Source of the DNA: an uncultured Gemmataceae bacterium
GTDB taxonomy: Bacteria > Planctomycetota > Planctomycetia > Gemmatales > Gemmataceae
Direction of reading: 5' to 3'
DNA length: 64,000 nucleotides
Assembly: GCA_963750165.1 (NCBI GenBank)
Contig: CAVVPN010000003.1
Span: 2,976,001 to 3,040,000 of the forward strand
Part shown: positions 20,538 to 28,305 of the stretch, piece by piece
How the letters are laid out: the number at the start of each line of letters is the position of its first letter
Numbering within the stretch: the stretch's first letter is position 1
Notes under the pieces: generated by a model
Seen by the model: the letters and a program-made list of their open reading frames with translations, nothing else
Database searches by the model: none
What the model was told of the DNA's origin: nothing
Position numbers and translations under genes: made by a program

Positions 20538-20965
20538 TCCGCGGGCTGGCCGGACGGTCGTCGCCTGGTTCGCCAGGGGGAGGAAAGTCCGGGCTCCACA
20601 GGATGCGGTGGTGGGTAACGCCCACCGTCCGAGGCGGGCGCGGGAATGGTTCCGCGGTTGCCGAAGGACCGGGAAAGTGCAACAGAAAGATACCGCCGCG
20701 CCCGGTATAACGCCAGGCGCGGTAAGGGTGAAATGGTGGGGGGGCTTCGGCCTCTTAATGTAAGAGCCCACCAGCAGCCGGGTGACCGGCTGGCTCGGCA
20801 AACCCCACCGGGAGCAAGGCCAAATATGAGAGCAGGGCTGATCCGGCCCGTTACGACTCTCGGGTAGGCTGCTCGACTGTACGGGCAACCGTACGGCTAG
20901 AGAAATGACCGTCGCGGCGTCTTCGGACGCCGGCACAGAACCCGGCTTACAGGCCGGCCCGCGGA
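20538..20965 (+). ncRNA. rnpB: RNase P RNA, bacterial type A
   Basis: GAGGAAAGTCCGGGCTC, GAAAGTGCAACAGAAA, GGTAAGGGTGAAA, GGCAAACCCC and ACAGAACCCGGCTTA; P1 pairing TCCGCGGGCTGGCC/GGCCGGCCCGCGGA. Confidence 0.97.
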
Positions 20966-20984
20966 TACCTATCTTGCAGCTGGC

Positions 20985-21085
20985 GCGAGCGGGGTCGCGT
21001 TCAGCGCCCCGTGCATGGACCGCACGGGGCGCTGACGCGACCCCGCTCGCTGGACCGCACGGGGCGCTGCCGCGACCCCGCTCGC
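20985..21085. repeat. REP-like palindrome with a duplicated right arm
   Basis: GCGAGCGGGGTCGCG..CAGCGCCCCGTGC followed by two copies of GCACGGGGCGCTG(A/C)CGCGACCCCGCTCGC. Confidence 0.75.
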
Positions 21086-21271
21086 CATCCTGTTCGGCAC
21101 ATCCCCCCCAGGCGTCACCCTCGGCACGCGATTCGATGAAGAATTGGGGCAGACAGGAGTGCTTGGCTTCAATGGCCCTGGCGGCGTGTATTAGAATCCA
21201 ACTTCGGGTGCCTCCCCCGGCGACGTTTCGACCGCAACGTTGCCTTCCCATCCACCCACAGGGGTACACCG

Positions 21272-21583
21272 ATGAACCAGCGACCCACCGATCCGCCGGC
21301 GATCCCTCCGACCCTCGTGTCCACGACCCGGACCGCACCGCAGCGGCGCACGCTGCCGCCGTACCGGGTGGTGCTGCTGAACAACGCCGCCCAGGACATG
21401 ATGTTCATCGTGCGCACAATCATGGAGTTGACGCGCCTGTGCCGGGCGGAGGCGACCCACAAGATGTGGGAGGCGCACCACTGCGGCCGCTCCACCCTGC
21501 TGGTCACGCACCGCGAGCGCGCCGAGCTGTTCTCCGAGCAGTTCGCCAGCAAGGGGCTGACGACGACGGTGGAACCCGCGTGA
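21272..21583 (+). CDS. clpS: ATP-dependent Clp protease adaptor ClpS (divergent)
   Basis: LPPYRVVLLN...MFIVRTIMEL...EATHKMWEAHHCG...ERAE...GLTTTVEPA. Confidence 0.8.
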   Translation: MNQRPTDPPAIPPTLVSTTRTAPQRRTLPPYRVVLLNNAAQDMMFIVRTIMELTRLCRAEATHKMWEAHHCGRSTLLVTHRERAELFSEQFASKGLTTTVEPA

Positions 21584-21589
21584 CTCCAG

Positions 21590-21747
21590 GGCGAGCGGCG
21601 CAGCGTTAGCCCGCCGTGTCTGGCGCTGGGCGGCGTTAGCCCGCCGTGTCTGGCGCCGCACGGCGTTAGGCCGCCGTGTCTGGCGTTGCACGGCGTTAGG
21701 CCACCGTGTCTGGCGTTGCACGGCGGGCTGACGCCGCGCCGCTCGCC
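21590..21747. repeat. REP-like inverted repeat enclosing four tandem 30-bp units
   Basis: Units C(A/G)GCGTTAG(C/G)CC(G/A)CCGTGTCTGGCG.. at 21601, 21631, 21661 and 21691; outer arms GGCGAGCGGCGC / GCGCCGCTCGCC. Confidence 0.85.
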
Positions 21748-22388
21748 TAAATGTCGGTCTTGAGCAGGCAGTGCAGCAGGCACTCGATGGCCCGCGGCAG
21801 GTAATCGGGTTCGTCGTAAAGCGGGATGCCCAGCGGCAGCGTCAGGGTGTACGCCAGAGCGGTGCGGATCAGCTCCCAGGCACCGACCCGCGGGTCGAGG
21901 TTGCGGCGAAAGACGCCGGCCTGCTGCCCTTCGCTGATGATTTGCGCCAGCAGCGTTTCGCTGTCGAGGTAGAACGACCGCAGCGACGCGGCGATTTCCG
22001 GGTCGTCGGTCTCGAGCAGCGTGCGGTGCATGATGCGAAACTCCAGCGCGATCTCGCGCGTGGAGCCGAGATAGCCGTCCATGATGGCGTGCAGCTTCGC
22101 CAGCGGATCGGCCAGGCTGGCGGTGTCGGCGTGCCAGCGTTCGAGCGTGGCGGCGCGAATCTCGGCCAGCACTTCCAGAAACAGCGCTTTCTTGTTCTCG
22201 AAATGACGGTACAGCACCGGTTCGGTGACGCCGGCGGCGTCGGCGATTTTTTCGGTGGTCGTGTCCTGGTAGCCGAGCGTGACGAACAGCTGCTTGGCGT
22301 GCTGCAGCAGCTGGCGTTTGCGCTCGGCCTTGCGCATCCGTCCGGACGGCTTGCCCGGCTCGTCGCCGCGGCGTCGCGGGGCGGTCAT
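21747..22388 (-). CDS. TetR/AcrR family transcriptional regulator
   Basis: HTH: AKQLFVTLGYQDTTTEKIADAAGVTEPVLYRHFENKKALF. Confidence 0.92.
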   Translation of the reverse strand: MTAPRRRGDEPGKPSGRMRKAERKRQLLQHAKQLFVTLGYQDTTTEKIADAAGVTEPVLYRHFENKKALFLEVLAEIRAATLERWHADTASLADPLAKLHAIMDGYLGSTREIALEFRIMHRTLLETDDPEIAASLRSFYLDSETLLAQIISEGQQAGVFRRNLDPRVGAWELIRTALAYTLTLPLGIPLYDEPDYLPRAIECLLHCLLKTDI

Positions 22389-22779
22389 CGGTATCCTCAC
22401 CTGGAGCTTTCGGGAACAGAGGGGTGGCGAACGCCTATTCTAGCGGCGGCGGGCGGCGGCGTCCCTGCGGGGTTTTTGCATGGGCTGGAAGTCGCTGGCC
22501 CCGTTTACGTTTCGCGCGACCTTCAACGCGGCTTCGCTCCTTTTTGACGCCAGCCCGGCTCGGAACGTTTTGCGCCGGGCCATTTCGTTTCAGCCGAAAG
22601 GTTGGTGGGTAAGAGGGGCCGGGTGTCATTTCGTTTCGTTTTTGCTCAAAACGGTTTGAGGGGCTAAAAAGGAGCAAGGCCCGGATCGAGGCCCTCCTGT
22701 CCGCGGTCCTGGAGGCCCTGGCGGAGCATACTCGCGGAGTAAGCGGCGCTCGGGCGAATCGTCTTTGTTTCCGAACGCA

Positions 22780-23077
22780 CTGGCGCGGTTCGCAGCCGCG
22801 TGGACCACAAACGGCAGGCCAGCGCTGCCAGGCGCCGCTTCTCGACGTGTGAAAAAGTTGGCGTTCTTGGCGTTCTTGGCGTCCTTGCTGTGGCAACCGC
22901 CGCCGGTGGTTGTCGCGCCGTGCCACCCCCACGGAGCCAGGGCGCCAAATCTCGACGTGTGAAAAAGTTGGCCCCCTTGGCCTCCTTGGCCCCCTTGCTG
23001 CGACAGCGCAGGCCCCTGCCGGTCAAGCTGTGCCCGCCGTCCCACCCCGTGCGCGATCCGCGTGCGAAACGGTCAGC
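22780..23077 (-). mobile_element. MITE-like element, copy A (inverted relative to B and C)
   Basis: Near reverse complement of 39075-39376. Confidence 0.7.
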
Positions 23078-23093
23078 TAGAGCGGTTCGCAGT

Positions 23094-23163
23094 TGGGTGT
23101 AGCGGAAGTCGCCAGACTTCCGTCCGGTGCTGCTCGGAAGTCTGGCGACTTCCGCTACACCCA
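23094..23163. repeat. GTAG-type REP doublet (GTAGCGGAAGTCGCCAGACTTCCG family)
   Basis: Perfect 29-bp inverted arms; second copy at 32324-32380. Confidence 0.85.
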
Positions 23164-23182
23164 TTCGCAATCTGCAATAGCG

Positions 23183-24184
23183 TTACGCGCGCATTTCTTG
23201 AACGACGACTTTGCCATGCCCGGCGTGATAAAGGGTCGTCCAGTCCTCGCTGAAGGCGCTGTCGTGGGTGTGCATCGGCAGATTCATCTGGTGGAGGGTC
23301 GTGCGGTTGGTCATGTTGTGGAAGAGAATGAAACCGTTGCCGCCGCCGCCGATCGCGCAGAGCCAATGGTTGTCGGGGTGCCAGACGAGCTTGTTGAAGA
23401 GGCCCTGCTGATTGCCCTGGAATTCGTGGACCCGTTGTCGGCGCGACCAGTCATGCACCTCGACGCGCGACGGCCCGCTCAGGCCATCGACATTGCCGAT
23501 CTGCCCCACGCCGCCCACGGCAATCTGGGTGCCGTCCGGCGAGAACGCGAGTGAGCGAATCCCACCGATCGAGCGGATGCGCTGCACGCCGTCCCAGGTG
23601 TAGAGCGATGGCACTTCCACAGTCGAGAGTCGTTGGCCGGTCGCGACGTTCCAGATGCAGACGCGGCCGACGCGGTCACCGGTCGCCAGCTTCGTGCCGT
23701 CGTTGGAGAAGGCACAGCAATAAAGCATGGAGCTAAAGTGGGTGGGAGTGCGTGCCTCGTGGCCGCGCAGCTCGCGCAGGCGTTCCCCGGTCTGGAGGTT
23801 CCAGAGCCGGCACACCATGTCGTCGCCGACGGAGGCGAGTTGGCTGCCATCGGGGGACACGGCGAGCTGACGCACTTGCCGGGTGTGCGCGGCAATGGTG
23901 CGAATGGCCCGGTTGGTGCCGAGGTCCCACCAGATCAGACGATTGTCATAGCCGCCGGAGACGGCGATGTCGCCACGGAGGCGGACACACGTGACGTAGC
24001 GTCCATGATTGGCGAGTTCGCGTGCCGTCGGATTCATCTGGCCCGCGTCGATCTCGAAGACCTTCTGCTCTGAGCTGGCGAGCAGGAGGCGCGACGTGTT
24101 GGCCACGCGCGCGACGGAGAAATTGATGCCGGTGCGGTTGATCTGGCGAACGGTGCGCAGGGTGCGCGGGTCGGGGTTCGGCAT
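23183..24184 (-). CDS. WD40-repeat protein
   Basis: Repeated H...LAVSPDG...LAS.GDD..CRLWN motifs. Confidence 0.92.
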   Translation of the reverse strand: MPNPDPRTLRTVRQINRTGINFSVARVANTSRLLLASSEQKVFEIDAGQMNPTARELANHGRYVTCVRLRGDIAVSGGYDNRLIWWDLGTNRAIRTIAAHTRQVRQLAVSPDGSQLASVGDDMVCRLWNLQTGERLRELRGHEARTPTHFSSMLYCCAFSNDGTKLATGDRVGRVCIWNVATGQRLSTVEVPSLYTWDGVQRIRSIGGIRSLAFSPDGTQIAVGGVGQIGNVDGLSGPSRVEVHDWSRRQRVHEFQGNQQGLFNKLVWHPDNHWLCAIGGGGNGFILFHNMTNRTTLHQMNLPMHTHDSAFSEDWTTLYHAGHGKVVVQEMRA

Positions 24185-24215
24185 GGTGGGAATCTCAAAA
24201 ACAACTGGAGGAATT

Positions 24216-24309
24216 TAGCCACAGAGGACACAGAGGACACAGAGAAAAAAAGAGAAAGCAAGTGCGGTTTTTGTTTTCCTCTCTGTGTTCTCTGTGTCCT
24301 CTGTGGCTA
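24216..24309. repeat. Inverted repeat built from 9-bp units (CACAGAGGA)n
   Basis: TAGCCACAGAGGACACAGAGGACACAGAGA ... TCTCTGTGTTCTCTGTGTCCTCTGTGGCTA. Confidence 0.85.
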
Positions 24310-24324
24310 TTTTTGTTAGCGTTC

Positions 24325-25629
24325 TTACGCCAGCACTTCGCGGATCGGTTCGGTGCCGGGGTCGGTGAGCGGGATGGGGCGAGCGCCCAGGTGATAGTTC
24401 TTGCGGTGGTTGATGCCGAGGGCGCGATAGATGGTCGCGAACAGCCGGGCCGCATTGATTTCGCCCTCGGCGACGTTCGCACCGGAAGCATTGCTGCGGC
24501 CATAGACCGACCCGCCGCGAATGCCGCAACCCGACAGGGTCGTGCTCCACGCCGAGGCGAAGTGGTCGCGGCCGACGGACGCATTGATCGCCGGCGTGCG
24601 GCCGAACTCGGAGAGCGTGATGACCAGCGTGTTGCGCAACAGACCGCGTTCGTCGAGATCGTCCAGCAGTGTCGCCATGACGTGATCGAGTTCGGGAACC
24701 AGTTCCTGGCACGATTCAAAGTTCTGGGCGTGCGTGTCCCACCACGCCCGACCCACGCGAACGAACGGCACGCCTGCCTCGCACAGCCGACGCGCCGCCA
24801 GGCACTGCCGGCCGAACAGCGTCGGGCCGTAGCGATCGCGCATGCGCTGGGGCTCCAGATCGATGTTAAACAACCGCTCATTGGCCATGATGCCCGACAC
24901 GCGGCGGTAAGCCTGATGATGGCTCTCCATTGCCGGGGAAGTGCGGCCGCGTTCAAACATATCGCTGAGCTGATTGCGCAGTTCGGCGCGTTCCGTGTGA
25001 TCCTGAACGCTGATGCCGGTGCGGCGAATATTCTCCGGCACCATTGACGTGGTCAGGTCCATCGAGCCGAAGCGCGCGCCCAGGAAGCCGGGGCTGCCGG
25101 GGGACATGTTGCGTCCTTCGGTCGCGGTGTAGAACGAGACGTAATCGGGAACCTGGCTGCCTGCGAGCCCCATTTCCCGGGCCAGCACGGCACCGAGATC
25201 GGGATAATCCACGCTCGGCTCGCCCATGCGGCCGCGCATCATGATGCGGGCGGCGCTGCCGTGATCGGCGTTGCGGGTGTTGAGCGAACGGATGATGCAG
25301 GTGTCCTTGAGTCGGCTCGCCATGCGCGGCATCAGTTCGCTGATGCGGATGCCGGGCGTCGAGGTCTGGATCGACTGGAACGGCCCGCCCGTTGGCACGC
25401 CGGGCTTGGGGTCGAAGGTCTCCAGCTGGCTGGCCCCGCCCGCGAGCCAGAGCATGATGACGCGCTTCTGATTGCGGCGCAACTCGTCGGCCACCTGAGG
25501 TGTGCCGAGCACCTGGATGGCGGTCATGTCGGCGAACGCCGCGCCCCCGGCCAGTGCCGCGAGCGAAGTCAGGAAGCCGCGCCGGCTGACGGCATGGTCG
25601 GACGAACCACAGAATTGCTTGCGAGACAT
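24325..25629 (-). CDS. DUF1501 domain protein with Tat-like signal
   Basis: SRRGFL; IMLWLAGGASQLETFDPKP; FGRQCLAARRL; WDTH; EFGRTP; GRDH. Confidence 0.93.
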   Translation of the reverse strand: MSRKQFCGSSDHAVSRRGFLTSLAALAGGAAFADMTAIQVLGTPQVADELRRNQKRVIMLWLAGGASQLETFDPKPGVPTGGPFQSIQTSTPGIRISELMPRMASRLKDTCIIRSLNTRNADHGSAARIMMRGRMGEPSVDYPDLGAVLAREMGLAGSQVPDYVSFYTATEGRNMSPGSPGFLGARFGSMDLTTSMVPENIRRTGISVQDHTERAELRNQLSDMFERGRTSPAMESHHQAYRRVSGIMANERLFNIDLEPQRMRDRYGPTLFGRQCLAARRLCEAGVPFVRVGRAWWDTHAQNFESCQELVPELDHVMATLLDDLDERGLLRNTLVITLSEFGRTPAINASVGRDHFASAWSTTLSGCGIRGGSVYGRSNASGANVAEGEINAARLFATIYRALGINHRKNYHLGARPIPLTDPGTEPIREVLA

Positions 25630-25831
25630 TGGTAGGAATCCCCCCGAGGTAGGTACTGACGATGTTAGCGTACCGCATGGGGCGGCGGAAGGCGAGCAAA
25701 ATAATTGGTCAAAGCGGGATTTCCTTGGGGGATGGTCGGATAGCCGCGCCGGTGTCTTGCTTGCTTTTGACAAGGGGTGGTAAGATACACCAGAACGAAG
25801 CCACTCCCCGAAACGAACGCCAGGAGGAACT

Positions 25832-26197
25832 GTGACTACCCGTAGCGCCGCCACGCCGCTGGCCCCGCCGTTGCCAACCGGCCTCCGGTTTACGGAGGAA
25901 GACCTCGACCTCCTCCTGGCAGCTTTGCCGGAAAAGGCCCGGGAGCGACAGGCGGACATCCGGCGCTTCTGGCGGGAATTACCACGCTTGCTCGACGAGG
26001 GCCATCAGGACCGGGTTGCCCTCCTTCACGACGGGGAACTGATTTCGCTGTGGGACTCCCTGGGGGATGCCACCCAGGCCGGCTACGACCGATTTGGCCC
26101 CGAGGGCCGGTTCCTGACTTCGCCGGTCAGCGCGCTGGAGTTCCTGCGGTTGCGCCAGTACCTGGCCCGACTACGGAGTCAACCGTGCCCCGGTTGA
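25832..26197 (+). CDS. Small hypothetical protein overlapping the aspartyl protease gene
   Basis: GTG start preceded by AGGAGGA; FWRELPRLL...VALLHDGELISLWDSLGDATQAGYDRFG; 13-nt overlap with the next gene. Confidence 0.75.
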   Translation: MTTRSAATPLAPPLPTGLRFTEEDLDLLLAALPEKARERQADIRRFWRELPRLLDEGHQDRVALLHDGELISLWDSLGDATQAGYDRFGPEGRFLTSPVSALEFLRLRQYLARLRSQPCPG

Positions 26198-26631
26198 TCG
26201 GCCCACTCCAGGGCCAGGGCGCGATCGTTGACCTGCTCGTCGGTCTGGGCCTGGCTGATGCCCGGCAACTTCGCAACGCCCTGCGACCCATTCCCCAGGC
26301 TCGGCAACTCCTGGCGCTGGTTGACACCGGGGCAGATGCGACCTGCCTGGACCCTGTCGTCATCAACCAACTGGCATTGCCGATGGCTCACCTGAGCCTG
26401 GTCAACGTGCCGGCGATCATGGGCCTGGGGCTTGCCACCCAACATCGAGCCGGGGTAACGATCCTCCACCCCTCCGGCAACCCGGCCGATCACTTTGTCG
26501 TTGCGGAAATCCTCGTTTGTGAATTGCCCCTGCAATCCCTCGGCCTCGATGCCGTCGTGGGCCGTGATCTGCTCGACCGCTTGCGTTTCACCTACGATGG
26601 GCCCGGTCGGACCTTTACTCTGGATTACTGA
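26185..26631 (+). CDS. Retropepsin-like (clan AA) aspartyl protease
   Basis: GGAG then GTG start; ALVDTGA catalytic motif and VVGRDLL. Confidence 0.85.
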   Translation: MPRLIGPLQGQGAIVDLLVGLGLADARQLRNALRPIPQARQLLALVDTGADATCLDPVVINQLALPMAHLSLVNVPAIMGLGLATQHRAGVTILHPSGNPADHFVVAEILVCELPLQSLGLDAVVGRDLLDRLRFTYDGPGRTFTLDY

Positions 26632-26694
26632 CAGGGCCGGGCCGAAGGTCTCCCCGCCTTCCAGTCCGGAGACCAGGCCACAACGAGCGGAATC

Positions 26695-28209
26695 CGGTGA
26701 GCGTCAGGTTCGTTGGTGGGACAAGTGATCAGTTGGGTGTGTATTGGCGGTTCCAGAAGGCCTCCCATTGGCCTTTCTCGCTACGGTACAAGGCGCGCAA
26801 ATGGCAGAGCGCGTCCGCACCGTCCTCGCCCCAGCGCATCCCCGCCAACTTGAGCCGTTGCCCCACGACGGTCTTGCAACCGCTCTCCACGGCGCCGCTG
26901 CCGATATTCCAGCCTTGCGCCAGGTACTCAGGGTACTTCATCCGGTGTGCCTGCCGCTCCAAATAATCGACCACGTCGGCGACGGCCTCAGCCATGCCGG
27001 CGCGGCGCGGCCAGGGGTCCTCGCGCAGCAGCGCCGCCAGCAGGGCACCCCCCTCCTCCTGGAGCAGCCGGCGCCACTGCCGCGCTTGCTCCTCGGCCGC
27101 GGCCTCGTCCTTGGGGTGCAGCACGCGCGCCAGGCCGGTGAGCCGTTCCGCGGGGTGGAAGAAGTCCAGGATGACCACCTCCACCCGGGGGAAGTTTTCT
27201 TCCAGCCGGTCCTCCAGGCCGTTGCCACCGTCGGTCAGGCCGATCCAGAGGTCGGCGCGGTCCATGCCGACTTGCCCCGCGGGCTTGCGCAGTAGCGGCC
27301 CGAACTCCGCCAGCGGGTACAGCCCGGCGCCATAACGGGTCCGCACCGGTTCGGGTTTCTCGTCCGGCCAGGGCCACTCGGGGGCGAGGTTGGCGACCAG
27401 GCCCACGTAGGCCATGCGGCCCTCGGCGGCGGCCCCGCCGGCCCCTTGCTGGCGCACGCCGGTGGCGTCCAACTCGACGTAGGCGCAGGTCCGGCCCTGG
27501 TAGTCCTTGTGCCAGGGCCAGGCGACCTTGGGCCCAAAGGTCCGGCCAGCCTGGACGTCTGCGGCCAACCGCTGGCCCGCGGCCTCGGTGGTCCGCTCGA
27601 CGGTGGATTCGCCCAGCCGGACGCCAGCCATTTCGTGGACGAGGTCGGCCCCTTTTTCAAAGCTGTCGGCGACCGTGCCGGCCAGGGTGGCCACGCGCTC
27701 CAGCCCCGGCGTCAGGTGCCGGGCGGTCAGCCCGGCCCGCTGGTCGAAGGGAAACAGGCCCTGGCCGCAACGGCGGCAGAGGTAGTAGGCGCGCCGGTAG
27801 CAGACCGGACCCACCAGGCTGGTTGGCCGGTGGGCCCGGTGGGAGTGGAACTCGGCGGCCCCGCCGCAATGGGGGCAGCTTACGCTGGCGCCCTCGTAGC
27901 CGTTTTTTTTGCGCCAGGTGCTGCTCCAAAGCCTTGGCGGCGATCTGGTGGGCGAGAGCCCGCAGCCGGAACTCCGTGGCACCGAAGACGTGCTCGTCGT
28001 CGGTCGCGAGCAAGGTGCGGGCGATCTCCTCAATGTCAGCGTCGGTGGCGTCGTGGATGGCTTGGGCGAGGGCCTGGGCCGGGGTGAGTTGCTCGGGCGG
28101 CAGCAGCGCGGATGACATAGAGGCCTCCGTGTCAGGGGGAATTTCCTACCGACGCATCAAAGCTGGCCTTTGTGTACAAAAATTCCACCAACTTTCAAGA
28201 CGCTCACCG
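26695..28209 (-). mobile_element. Complete IS element, ISKra4-like, 1515 bp
   Basis: TIRs CGGTGAGCGTC-N6-GTTGGTGG at both ends; 9-bp target duplication AGCGGAATC (26686-26694 and 28210-28218). Confidence 0.9.
26729..28118 (-). CDS. ISKra4-like DDE transposase in two frames joined at an A8 slippery site (27903-27910)
   Basis: CPHC..CRRC zinc motif, VELDATGV, TDGGNG, ILDFFH, IGSGAVESGCK, RLKLAGMRW. Confidence 0.85.
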
Positions 28210-28305
28210 AGCGGAATCGAAGGCGGTGATTTTCTGTCGCTCCTGGCTGCCGGGCCTGGTAAGGTGTTTTCCAGCCCCCATTTCCTGGCCCCGAGGGTTG
28301 TCGCC

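Noticed and set aside
21601..21720. Possible CRISPR array
   Set aside because: 30-bp units are contiguous with no unique spacers, and there are no cas genes
22435..23170. ORFs with AKNAKNANFF/AKEAKGANFF repeats (also at 38816-39490 and 58159)
   Set aside because: Translations of the MITE-like repeat; they also give false N-terminal extensions to the esterase and smpB ORFs
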